Part shown: positions 1-8,825 of the stretch, in pieces | How the letters are laid out: every line of letters starts with the position of its first letter | Numbering within the stretch: the first letter of the stretch is position 1 | From: Promethearchaeota archaeon | GTDB taxonomy: Archaea > Asgardarchaeota > Heimdallarchaeia > Hodarchaeales > Hodarchaeaceae | Assembly: GCA_048938105.1 (NCBI GenBank) | Contig: JBHLMN010000039.1 | Location: forward strand, 1-14,628 | Length of the DNA stretch: 14,628 bases | Direction: 5' to 3' | Notes under the pieces: model-generated | The model's database searches: none | Seen by the model: only the letters and a program-made list of their open reading frames with translations | Told to the model about the DNA's origin: nothing | Position numbers and translations under genes: made by a program

Positions 1-215
1 TCGTAAATACAATGCTATTGGTTGAAACAATTCGTGAATCTGTTCTTTCGTGTCTAGGGGTTTGTGGGGGAGCTCCAGTTTGAAGAGGGTAACACTTATC
101 TTAGAAATACTTGAGATTTAGTGTTACTAGAGAAAGAGCTTTGAATTGAAAAACTACTCATTTTAAAACATAATTCTAGGGATTAGTCTTCTCGAAGTGC
201 CATTAAAACTCTTCA

Positions 216-1544
216 TCACTTGGTTTTTTGATAAAGAAGGAGAAAGCTGAGGAGAAGTCCGATTCCGAAGAGAATAATAAGTCCGAATGGCATATTACTT
301 GGACTAGACTGAGGTATGGAAGGGATCTTCACCAACCACATATCCAATTCGCCTGTACCCCAAGAGCTGGTAGCACCTGCAAGCGCAAAGCCTCCATCCG
401 CGATTTGAATAACTGAAAAAGCCGCATCACGGTTTGTTCCTCCATATGTCTGGTTCCATTGCTCAATTCCCTTTTCATCGGTCTTAAGAAGCCACATATC
501 AGCATCACCTGCGCCATAGGATCTAGTTTCACCTGCAAGCGCAAAACCCCCATCTACTGTCTGGTAAATAGAGGAGGCACTATCCCAACCTACACCACCA
601 TAAGTGTAATTCCATAGCACTTCTCCATTCCTACTAGTTTTTACAAGCCACATATCCTTACCAAGTGCATTATAAGAACCAGTATTACCTGCTAAGACGA
701 AACAGTCATCCCTCGTTTGGAGAAGGGCAAAAGCAATATCATTGTATGTTCCCCCATAGGTCTGATTCCATTGCATTATTCCATCTCTGTCGGTCTTCAC
801 TAACCACATATCAGTTCTCCCCGCACCATAAGATTCGGTTTCACCCGCGAGAACAAAGCCCTCATCTGTTGTTTGGAGAAGTGCAAGAGCTCGATCAGAA
901 CTGACCCCTCCGTAGGTATGGTTCCATTGAGGGAATCCATTCCTATCAGTCTTTACAAGCCAGATATCACTCCAACCCACGCCATAAGACTCGGTCTCAC
1001 CTGCAAGCACAAAGCCCCCATCTAATGTCTGAAGAAGCGCAAAAGCACTATCGAACCTAATTCCTCCATATGTCTGGTTCCATTGTGGTAATCCGTTCAT
1101 ATCAGTCTTTACCAGCCACATATCAGATCCACCTGCGCCATAGGAATAAGTATAACCTGCGAGCGCAAAGCCGCCATCTGTAGTTTGGATGAGGGATCTT
1201 GCCAAATCCCCACCCCATCCACCGCCATAGGTCTGGTTCCACTGTTCTAATCCATTTTCATCGGTCTTAACGAGCCACATATCAGCATCAGTAATTAAGG
1301 TGAAACCTGCTAAGATAAAGCCTCCATCTGCAGTCTGGAGGATAGCATATGCTCGTTCCATACCAGTTCCCCCATAAGTCTGATTCCATGCACTCTTAGC
1401 AATTTCCTGTTTATCATCATTTTCTGCACACGAGTCTTTGATAAAATCACTATCAAATAACACCCAAGGAATCACTAGGACAATCATGATGGATATAATA
1501 CAGCAGAGGATGAAGAATCTGTATTTCTTCATGAGTTTGTTCAC
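216..1544 (-). CDS. Cell-surface 7-bladed beta-propeller repeat protein with N-terminal signal/TM segment and C-terminal membrane anchor
   Basis: 442-aa ORF with seven ~50-aa repeats of consensus WNQTYGG-x3-D-x-A-x2-LLQT-x-DGGFVLAG-x-T-x-SYG-x-G-x2-DMWLVKTD-x2-G. Basic then hydrophobic N-terminus (KKYRFFILCCIISIMIVLVIPWVLF). Pro/Ser linker, hydrophobic helix and KTK at the C-terminus. Start is GTG 1544 or ATG 1532. Confidence 0.9.
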   Translation of the reverse strand: MNKLMKKYRFFILCCIISIMIVLVIPWVLFDSDFIKDSCAENDDKQEIAKSAWNQTYGGTGMERAYAILQTADGGFILAGFTLITDADMWLVKTDENGLEQWNQTYGGGWGGDLARSLIQTTDGGFALAGYTYSYGAGGSDMWLVKTDMNGLPQWNQTYGGIRFDSAFALLQTLDGGFVLAGETESYGVGWSDIWLVKTDRNGFPQWNHTYGGVSSDRALALLQTTDEGFVLAGETESYGAGRTDMWLVKTDRDGIMQWNQTYGGTYNDIAFALLQTRDDCFVLAGNTGSYNALGKDMWLVKTSRNGEVLWNYTYGGVGWDSASSIYQTVDGGFALAGETRSYGAGDADMWLLKTDEKGIEQWNQTYGGTNRDAAFSVIQIADGGFALAGATSSWGTGELDMWLVKIPSIPQSSPSNMPFGLIILFGIGLLLSFLLLYQKTK

Positions 1545-1696
1545 TATTCACCACTGAATTTCAAGGTTTTGAAGTCACAAGGTATTTGAGTATAAAAAGT
1601 ATTTTTTTATTTCTTTAATTTTTCTTCAATAGATGTTTTGAAAGCTAAGAAAGACCATTCTTAATAAAAAAGGAAATTGATGAGGATATCTATGGC

Positions 1697-4600
1697 TTAC
1701 CCCATAAAAGACCATCCCATTTGATCAACACTGCCATCCCAATGCACATAATATGTAGGATATTCAACATTAAATTCACCATCTTTCATAACACAATCGA
1801 TTAGAATATCCCATTCAGGAGGGTGATGATCACTGGCTCCAAAATGATGTGAAAGCTCATGCACTAACACTAGTCCTCCATAGTCATTATTGTCCTCTTC
1901 TACTCCTTGGACAACAAAACAAGAACCAGTTTTGGTTCCATAGCCTCCCGTTCCTTGTGTACCTGTCCCAGATAAACCTCCAAGCACATCAAAACCATGA
2001 TTTTCGCTGCTAGTAAGGGTTCCAGTATCACCAATCTTTTTCCAAGGTTTATCCAACCCTAGATCGGTCTCTGCATAATTCCTCACATCATCAAACATTT
2101 CTTCTAAATCCAGATTACTTGCTGGATCCCATCCTGATCGGAATAATCCCACATATTCAACATTCATTAATTCTTCGAAGCCATCATTATAGGTAGCAAT
2201 AAGTTCATCACTGTCATCATGAACCTTGATGTCATGTGAAACAGCACCATAAAAAAAACTACTAACGGAACTAACCCATGAAAGATCTGTGAATTCCGTG
2301 TCATAATACACCACAGCAAAGATCTTTTTGGCACCACTGGATGCACCATCCACATCGAATGGTACCTCAGTGATGTAAGAATTAGTTGAATCTTGATTAC
2401 ACGTAGCATCTACTTGAACGACTCTGTAATCTCCAACATTCCAAGCATAATAGTTTCCATTGTGATTGAAAATAGCGTCGATTGTGATAGAATGAGTTTC
2501 TGTTGCTCCTGCAGGTAGATTTACATCCCAATCACGATAGCCACAAATGTATCCCGACCAGTCATAAGAATCTCCCTCGATTTTGATTCTTGCATCAACA
2601 TTGCCTGCCAAAGTGGTTCCCAAGTTCTCTATCGTAATACTGAATTCGACTTCATCCCCTTTTTCAGGATTATTTGGTACCGAAGCAGCAGTGATATTGA
2701 GGTCGACATATTTTACCAATGTCCCAACCCAATCTATCAGGACTTTATCAGCACTACTACCTTGTGTCATCTTCCGGATGACCACTCGAAAATTGTTACT
2801 GTTAACTATAGTCGAATTCCATTCTGTTGCGTCTGAGAAATCTATCCAGTCCTCATCCCAATCTCCCTGGAAGGCAGTTACAGACTTCCAAGCGGAAGAC
2901 CAATTGTTCCAAGCCAGTTTCACTCGTATTTTGTCATCAAAGACTGGTTTCCAATGAACATAGACCATAACACCTTGAATCGTAACATCACTCGGTACAT
3001 CCCAAGCAAAGTTCTTGTAAAACACGCTATATCCGCTCGTATGTCCTATAGCATAATCCCCCCCTTTGGTATATGCCTCTGTCTCGGAAGACCAAGCCGA
3101 AATGGGATCGGAAAAGGAGGTGGGGTTCTTGTAACCATAAGGTGGATTAGGCATTGGGGGAATTTCTGGATTCAAGAAGAAATCGACTTCTTGATCTTCA
3201 TTTGGAGTTACATCTTCACTTTGTTTCACATAATCCTGATGCCATACCCACAAATCACATAAATTATCTGATTCATCTACTGAAAAGGAATAGTAGCCTT
3301 GACTGTTAGTGCTTGTGCTATTGAGTAACGAACCATCATAATAGAGTTCAACAGAAGCTCCTTGGATGGGATCATTTGTCCCACTTTCTTTGACATCCCC
3401 AGAAATTTCGGCAGTCTGTGATTCAGTGACGTAACTGAATGATATCTTAGGATCATATGTTGTCCCTGACCCTGAATAAGAACTTTCACGAAAAGTGTAA
3501 TAGTCACCATTCTCCGCACCATCATGATCTAATAGAAAACTGATGTATCCCTCATTATCTCCTCGATTGGAAGCCCAATAATCAGTTAAGGATTCCATTT
3601 TACTCGCGGAGGCAGTTTTATAACCCCCTGACCCAATATTTCCAGAATAAACTTTATCAGCTTCGGAATTTGTGCCCAAACTATAACTAGTAGAATCTTC
3701 ACGGGCTGTATTTGTGTTACCGTTTCCGCCAATGTTATAGACTGTACAATCTGCTCCTTCTGTCGAACTATCGAAACTTGAACTTGTACAATACATTTGG
3801 AATGCTACTGCAGATGTATCTGTAATAGGAACATTCAAATCTGTATCAAAAGCTATAAAGAGCGTTTGAATGTTTCCAGATTTGATCCCTACTCTAAATG
3901 TCGTGCTTGATGTCACAGGGAGGAAACTATCGCGATATAAATCGTAATTATCTATTGTATATCTAGTTCCAGTAGAGTCAGGATCAATTTTGATCCATGT
4001 TCCTGCAGAGTAATCCCCAAGGCCATACATTCCTGCACATAACATCTTCTTGATTGTCCCATCGGGCATTTGTTGCTCATGGAGCTCAAGATATCTTTCC
4101 GTAAATCCTGCTAGATTCATGTCATAAAAAGAGAAAATAAATTGTTCTCTGTTTTCTGAAATAATGTCTATTTGTGAATAGAAATCCTCAAAGTATTGGT
4201 CTGCCTTCCACACTTCTTGAGCTGAGACAGCAACAGACATTGTCTCATTTCTTAAAACAAATTTTTCTGGTCTGAAAGATGTGTTTTCACCTTGGGGAGT
4301 ACTAGTAATTTCGTAAGCTAGGCCAATATCCTCCAAATCTTGATCTACGCATTCAAATTCTGTAATCATGTGGAATAACTGATCATCAGTTCGATACTTG
4401 AATCCATGCTTAAAATTCCACGTTGTACCCTGAATAATTACGTCTAAAAGCGTAAAGAAAACCCCAAATTCGCTTTCAGAATTATAAAATTCCAGAGTAT
4501 TGCATGGATTTTGAGCTATTCCTGAATACAGAGATTTATCATTGAGGATTTGGTCATACCAGATGTCATTGTATTTGGCAAATAAGTGCGGATAGATTGC

Positions 4601-5311
4601 ATACAAAGGCATGTTATAAGCGGAAATCTTACCACTGCTTAACCGTGGCCAATACAGATATTGCCCATGACCATTCACCGTATCCTGAAAGTTCAGATAA
4701 AATCCCAGGACTCCAGCAAAGCTCTCGAATCCAACTGCCCAAATAGATGTCCGATCGATTGTATTTAGATATTCAGAAATTTCAAGGGCTGTTTCAAAGA
4801 AAAATATCTCACCATTTCGTAAGCGGAGAATAAATCTATGAGGATACTCTTCTGCAGTGACCCAAACGGTCTCCTCATATACACCTTCTTTCTGAACCAA
4901 ATTATCGGATTGATACCTGTAGATTCCCGTTATTTTGTTATAGAAATGACGCGAAGTCTGCCCCCGAGAACCCATTAATTCAAAGAAATCCTCAGAAAAA
5001 TCCTCACGGAAATAACCCTCTGTTTTCCCTGTAGGATCACGAATATATGTCTTATTCACCTCTTCCAAAATTTTGGTCTTCTGGAAGGTGATTTTCTCTG
5101 AACTTACATTATTTGAGGCAAAAGAAGAAGATTCTGATGTGTTCTCGACATCTAAGTTTTCCATATCATCAGTTATCCTATTTGAACCAAGAATGTCTAC
5201 AAAAACTGGTTGAGAATCATTAATAGTCCTCATCATACCCATAGATGATGGAACTAAAGCTAAACCAAGCACAAAAACAAGAGATACAACAACTATTTGT
5301 TTCTTATTCAT
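1697..5311 (-). CDS. Large secreted multidomain protein: unknown N-terminal region, DNRLRE-like module, carboxypeptidase-regulatory-like beta-sandwich, CARDB/Ig-like domain, C-terminal metzincin-like zinc metallopeptidase
   Basis: Signal peptide MNKKQIVVVSLVFVLGLALVPSSMG from ATG 5311, which has GGAG-containing sequence upstream (preferred over TTG 5347). 'WIKIDP' is followed by a segment ending 'YTFRESSYSG...YDPKISFSY'. 'ISGDVKESGTNDPIQGASVELY...STSTNSQGYYSF' is CarboxypepD_reg-like and 'DLNITAASVPNNPEKGDEVEFSITIENLG' is CARDB-like. HELSHHFGASDH (1826-1861) is followed by a Met-turn-like DCVM. Confidence 0.85.
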   Translation of the reverse strand: MNKKQIVVVSLVFVLGLALVPSSMGMMRTINDSQPVFVDILGSNRITDDMENLDVENTSESSSFASNNVSSEKITFQKTKILEEVNKTYIRDPTGKTEGYFREDFSEDFFELMGSRGQTSRHFYNKITGIYRYQSDNLVQKEGVYEETVWVTAEEYPHRFILRLRNGEIFFFETALEISEYLNTIDRTSIWAVGFESFAGVLGFYLNFQDTVNGHGQYLYWPRLSSGKISAYNMPLYAIYPHLFAKYNDIWYDQILNDKSLYSGIAQNPCNTLEFYNSESEFGVFFTLLDVIIQGTTWNFKHGFKYRTDDQLFHMITEFECVDQDLEDIGLAYEITSTPQGENTSFRPEKFVLRNETMSVAVSAQEVWKADQYFEDFYSQIDIISENREQFIFSFYDMNLAGFTERYLELHEQQMPDGTIKKMLCAGMYGLGDYSAGTWIKIDPDSTGTRYTIDNYDLYRDSFLPVTSSTTFRVGIKSGNIQTLFIAFDTDLNVPITDTSAVAFQMYCTSSSFDSSTEGADCTVYNIGGNGNTNTAREDSTSYSLGTNSEADKVYSGNIGSGGYKTASASKMESLTDYWASNRGDNEGYISFLLDHDGAENGDYYTFRESSYSGSGTTYDPKISFSYVTESQTAEISGDVKESGTNDPIQGASVELYYDGSLLNSTSTNSQGYYSFSVDESDNLCDLWVWHQDYVKQSEDVTPNEDQEVDFFLNPEIPPMPNPPYGYKNPTSFSDPISAWSSETEAYTKGGDYAIGHTSGYSVFYKNFAWDVPSDVTIQGVMVYVHWKPVFDDKIRVKLAWNNWSSAWKSVTAFQGDWDEDWIDFSDATEWNSTIVNSNNFRVVIRKMTQGSSADKVLIDWVGTLVKYVDLNITAASVPNNPEKGDEVEFSITIENLGTTLAGNVDARIKIEGDSYDWSGYICGYRDWDVNLPAGATETHSITIDAIFNHNGNYYAWNVGDYRVVQVDATCNQDSTNSYITEVPFDVDGASSGAKKIFAVVYYDTEFTDLSWVSSVSSFFYGAVSHDIKVHDDSDELIATYNDGFEELMNVEYVGLFRSGWDPASNLDLEEMFDDVRNYAETDLGLDKPWKKIGDTGTLTSSENHGFDVLGGLSGTGTQGTGGYGTKTGSCFVVQGVEEDNNDYGGLVLVHELSHHFGASDHHPPEWDILIDCVMKDGEFNVEYPTYYVHWDGSVDQMGWSFMG

Positions 5312-5660
5312 AATATCTCTCCAACTCCTGAATATGCATTTTAACAAAACAATAACTTTTATATGAGTTTCAAATCTCTATTTCATATCAATTATCTAAA
5401 TGTATAGGGAAGAGAAAAATGCAATTTTATTCAAAAAAGTTGCAGCAAAATCCGTTACACTTCTTTCCCTATTGGCTTAACAAACGAAAAACCATTAGAT
5501 TGAGTTTTAAAGGAATACTTAGATACTTAGACTGCATACCTGTAAGTTTATTATAGAGAAATTGGGCAGTTACGGAAAATGACGGACTTTTACTAATAAT
5601 TTTTTTTTAGATATTAAATAATTCTCTTATTCATTAAGTCAGATAAAGATTTTCGTGGAA

Positions 5661-5727
5661 TTAACGTTGGATAGGTTAAAGTTTTTATATAAAACGTTAT
5701 ATAATTATTAATCCAACATTGGATAAG
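5661..5727. repeat. 67-bp dispersed non-coding element, copy 1 (box - TATA-like palindrome - box)
   Basis: Aligns ungapped to 12439-12505 at 57/67 positions by manual alignment. Contains TTTTATATAAAA (5683-5694) and two related 14-bp quasi-palindromes (5659-5672 and 5711-5724). Confidence 0.9.
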
Positions 5728-5819
5728 ACTAGTATATAAAATAAGAAGCTCAGTTGAAGTCAAGATATAAAAATGTAAAAATGGACTAATTTTAGAAGAA
5801 TACAAGACGTGACATACTG

Positions 5820-6485
5820 ATGATTGCAACAAAAGTATCTCATGACCTTGAAATGATATTCAACTTTATTACTTCTGTTTCATATATACCTCCTCCTCCA
5901 AGATTTAATATTTTCCAGATTATCCTAATTTCTAGTGTTATGACTACTGTTCTAGCTCTGGAAATATTATTCCTATATATACTCTTCAAAAAACTTACTA
6001 AATCTCAAGTGACCTTAGAGGGTATAAAGACAACCCTGTTAGGGGTGAAAATCAGTTCAATCCTAGTGATGATTCTTGGAGGACCTGAATTGGTAGGTGG
6101 TGGTTATCTTATTATCATCGAATATTGCAGCTTATTCATATCAGCTCAGGGTTATTTGGAGATAATCCTTTTTATATTTGTATTTGGTGCCTTTTTGACT
6201 GGGATCGGGGCGATCAGTTTTATCATGGGGATAGGTTTGTACCGATCAAACTATACCGCATGGAAAGGATCAATTTTCTTTCTATTGATACTTACGATTA
6301 GCAAATTTATCCCTGGATTTAATGTTTATTATTATAGGTTCATTCTTTTCCCCTTCTATGGAGGGTGGTGGCCTACCTTTGTGGTTACTCTTCTGGACGT
6401 ACTACCTTTCCTATTTGGGTTTTGCTACTTAGGATTATTAGTCTACACTTTTAGGAATCAACCACCCAAAGAAAAGGAATTGTGA
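5820..6485 (+). CDS. Hypothetical multi-pass membrane protein (~5 TM)
   Basis: 221-aa ORF with several long hydrophobic segments and a charged C-terminal tail. No family recognised and the start codon is uncertain. Confidence 0.75.
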   Translation: MIATKVSHDLEMIFNFITSVSYIPPPPRFNIFQIILISSVMTTVLALEILFLYILFKKLTKSQVTLEGIKTTLLGVKISSILVMILGGPELVGGGYLIIIEYCSLFISAQGYLEIILFIFVFGAFLTGIGAISFIMGIGLYRSNYTAWKGSIFFLLILTISKFIPGFNVYYYRFILFPFYGGWWPTFVVTLLDVLPFLFGFCYLGLLVYTFRNQPPKEKEL

Positions 6486-6548
6486 AGAATAAAGTCAATT
6501 AGAGAGACCACTGAATGTGGTATTAATGAAGCTATCAGTAAAAGGAGA

Positions 6549-7109
6549 ATGAGACTTATAAATGAGGATTTAGCCATTCTTATACCCTCTTATCCCTTGG
6601 AAAAATATCAAATTCTTGACATCTTTCTCAAACGATATTTTGAAATTCAAGCTCTTCCGTCTTAAAAAATATCCCCAGAGAAAATATTGCTTTAAGGAAT
6701 ATCACACCAAACTCTCATTAATCTCGTGAGACCCCTCGCCAAAGAAGACTACTTTACTTTATAATTATATAAAATGTTTAATTCCAGAATTTTTTTTCTC
6801 TCCCCTCTCATTTATTTTTCTCCCTTTAAAGCATTATAATTTAGAAAAAGACACATCAAAGATATTCGAGAAAAATATCACACCTCTGAATAACTTCGCA
6901 AAAGTTTCCCTGATGATAATTGCACATTAATTATTCAGAATATTTCCCATCTTTTTTGAATAAAATACATTTTTTGTTGGTTCTGAATGGTAAAATATTC
7001 ATAAAACAATGAGTTACCACGCAAGGGTTTTCTGGAAAAGCTTGCAGAAAAGATGAAAATTCATCCAGAACATATGAAGAACACCTTCGGAAAGCTGAAA
7101 AGAAAATAA
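6549..7109 (+). pseudogene. Possible decayed gene: 38-aa ORF with SD-like AGGAG, followed by a frame broken by multiple stops
   Basis: AAAAGGAGA-ATG at 6549 opens MRLINEDLAILIPSYPLEKYQILDIFLKRYFEIQALPS* (stop 6663-6665). The same frame ends in a protein-like helical stretch, LPRKGFLEKLAEKMKIHPEHMKNTFGKLKRK* (stop 7107-7109). It fills an otherwise ~700-bp gene-free gap. There are many internal stops, so support is weak. Confidence 0.3.
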
Positions 7110-7295
7110 TGAGTTATTTGATGCCGTCAATTATAATTTAACCATGTTTATAACAAAAAAATATAAGGAAGATTTCACTAAGATTTGTCGTTTTCGATGA
7201 AATCTTCATGTTCAATTTGAATGATTATGGCTCAAGGTGGAATAAGACTTGGATGTCCAGTTGGTACTATATATCATCTAAAAAGTCGAGGGATT

Positions 7296-7904
7296 ATGAA
7301 GATGGTGACGTTTATTGAAGGAATAATTGGAACAATAACGTTCAATAGAGAAGTTATCAAAGACATCCCAGAATCAGATATGACAAAATCTCAGGCAATA
7401 CTACTTTTTCTAGGCACTTCTCTTTTGTATTCCATGTGTATCAGTATTGGAGTCTCTCTCCCCTCGTCTTTGGATCTTTTTATGACTACTAGTATCTTTA
7501 TGCTTGTGCCTACATTAGTTTTTCTGTTCCTCCTGAACCTTCTTCTAGTTCCTAGATCGTATGGGGAGTGTTTTCGAATAATGAGTTGTGCATCCGTTTT
7601 TAATATCTTTTCAGGTCTAATTGTGTCTTTTATGATAATACTGGGTCTGCTTGACAGATTCTATACCAGTCTTCTTTCCTCGGGTTTGCACTCCATTATT
7701 TTCCCGATTATTTTCCTATGGGGACTTGTACCCTTTTTCTATGGCTATTTTGTCATATACAGCTTTTCAGGAGCAAAGTCTGTTATCCTCACAATACTTG
7801 CTGTTGTTATTGACTTTATCTTGACATTTATTATAACTTGGATCATATTACTTTTTTTCTTTATCCTTCTAATTATGCTTTCAAGTCCCCCAGCAGGGGC
7901 TTGA
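7296..7904 (+). CDS. YIP1-like multi-pass membrane protein
   Basis: N-terminal 'FIEGIIGTITFNREVIKDIPESDMTKSQAILLFL' resembles prokaryotic Yip1-family N-termini. About 5 TM helices with a 'SYGECFRIMSCAS' amphipathic segment. ATG 7296 is preceded by GAGG and preferred over 7221. Confidence 0.65.
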   Translation: MKMVTFIEGIIGTITFNREVIKDIPESDMTKSQAILLFLGTSLLYSMCISIGVSLPSSLDLFMTTSIFMLVPTLVFLFLLNLLLVPRSYGECFRIMSCASVFNIFSGLIVSFMIILGLLDRFYTSLLSSGLHSIIFPIIFLWGLVPFFYGYFVIYSFSGAKSVILTILAVVIDFILTFIITWIILLFFFILLIMLSSPPAGA

Positions 7905-8058
7905 TTTCTTAGTTAAGAAAAATGAAAGATCATCTAGAAAAACGCGTATTCTAGGCGAATTCTATGGTGATATTTGAGGATTTCTCCACATAGATTTCAT
8001 TATTACTGGACTAAGCTTCAGCGTATTTCTAGGGAGTTTGGTGAAACATATTATTGAT

Positions 8059-8142
8059 GTAAAGGTCTATATACTAGAAGTAAGGAAAGTTTAACAAAAA
8101 GTAAAGAAAGCTTAACAAAAAGTAAATGAAGCTTAACATAGT
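8059..8142. promoter_or_regulatory. Array of four 21-bp-spaced imperfect palindromes (GTAAAG-N4-CTTAAC), probable operators of the downstream XRE regulator
   Basis: Units start at 8059 (gtaaaggtctatatac, degenerate), 8080 (gtaaggaaagtttaac), 8101 (gtaaagaaagcttaac) and 8122 (gtaaatgaagcttaac). The period is exactly 21 bp and the array ends just before ATG 8150. Confidence 0.75.
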
Positions 8143-8149
8143 GATTAAA

Positions 8150-8551
8150 ATGAAAAAATCGTGCCTAAATGTAATAATCGTTATTCAAACGGTGACTATC
8201 ATGGAATTCCTAGGAGTAATGCTTTGGGGTATCTTGATTAAATCACTTGACCTTGTCCCAATCAATTTTATAATCATTGGTTTATGTACTGGATATCTTC
8301 TGTTTATATCTAAGAAAGTACTATTTAAGAATTCTAGAAAAGCTCTCAAGAGCGACGAGAGGACTGAAAAGAACTTTGAACGATCCTACATGTTTGGGGG
8401 AATTGCAGGAATCTTGGTACTGGTACAGCTTGCTATAATGGAGATTTTAACGGGAATAACGTTTAGTACTATCGTTATTCTTATTATCGTCGGATTAATA
8501 TTTTATGTTACGATGCTTATCACTGCGATTATCCAATATTCTGTAAGGTAA
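8150..8551 (+). CDS. DUF2178-like 4-TM membrane protein
   Basis: Two TM helices, a basic loop with 'KSDERTEKNFERS' (DER motif), then two more TM helices. Lies immediately upstream of an XRE HTH gene, the usual arrangement for such proteins. ATG 8150 is preferred because 8126 lies inside the operator array. Confidence 0.7.
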   Translation: MKKSCLNVIIVIQTVTIMEFLGVMLWGILIKSLDLVPINFIIIGLCTGYLLFISKKVLFKNSRKALKSDERTEKNFERSYMFGGIAGILVLVQLAIMEILTGITFSTIVILIIVGLIFYVTMLITAIIQYSVR

Positions 8552-8556
8552 GACTA

Positions 8557-8751
8557 ATGAAAAACCGATTAAAAGAGTTACGAGCAAGAGATGGCTTTAC
8601 ACAAGCAGATCTTGCACAGAAACTAGACATCACAAGGCAGACGGTACTGGCTATAGAAAAACAAAAATACAATCCATCTCTTGTACTTGCATTTAAAATA
8701 GCAAAAGTGTTCAATTCCAGAATTGAAGAAATTTTTCTTTATGAAGAATGA
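8557..8751 (+). CDS. XRE-family (Cro/C1-type, HTH_3) transcriptional regulator
   Basis: MKNRLKELRARDGFTQADLAQKLDITRQTVLAIEKQKYNPSLVLAFKIAKVFNSRIEEIF is a canonical small XRE HTH sequence. Confidence 0.95.
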   Translation: MKNRLKELRARDGFTQADLAQKLDITRQTVLAIEKQKYNPSLVLAFKIAKVFNSRIEEIFLYEE

Positions 8752-8825
8752 AAGAACTCTCCTTACTCGTAAGCGGAGCCATTGTTATCATATTCCTTCT
8801 CTTAGTATTCATATTTCAAGTATAA
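8748..8825 (+). CDS. Candidate 25-aa single-TM peptide coupled to the XRE gene
   Basis: ATGA overlap with the XRE stop codon. Translation MKELSLLVSGAIVIIFLLLVFIFQV*. Below the ORF-track size cutoff. Confidence 0.3.
   Translation: MKELSLLVSGAIVIIFLLLVFIFQV

Noticed and set aside
1-215. G-rich patch (GGGGTTTGTGGGGGAGCTCC) near the window start
   Set aside because: No complete hairpin, tRNA cloverleaf or convincing ORF, and the context lies outside the window.
228-904. ORFs 228-416 (+), 329-553 (-) and 665-904 (+)
   Set aside because: Shadow frames inside the well-supported beta-propeller gene, with no recognisable motifs.
216-1544. Diversity-generating retroelement target, suggested by variable positions in the repeats
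   Set aside because: No reverse transcriptase and no template/variable repeat pair differing only at adenines was seen. The repeats are ordinary protein-coding blades.
2167-3525. ORFs 2167-2409, 2583-2957, 2954-3262 and 3277-3525
   Set aside because: Alternative-frame or antisense ORFs wholly within the large secreted protein gene.
5659-5727. Calling the 67-bp element a canonical integron attC site
   Set aside because: Core-like RYYYAAC/GTTRRRY words are present, but the right-hand core is ATT instead of GTT, the L/R spacing is non-canonical, the sites do not follow each gene, and no integrase is in view. Kept only as a hypothesis.
5614-5832. 72-aa minus-strand ORF
   Set aside because: Runs through the AT-rich 67-bp element and promoter region and is not protein-like.
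7934-7954. Imperfect palindrome CTAGAAAAACGCGTATTCTAG downstream of the YIP1-like gene
   Set aside because: Short and imperfect with no clear T-tract, so terminator or operator function cannot be supported.
8059-8142. 21-bp repeats as a mini-CRISPR array
   Set aside because: The repeats are contiguous with no unique spacers and no cas genes are present. An operator array explains them better.
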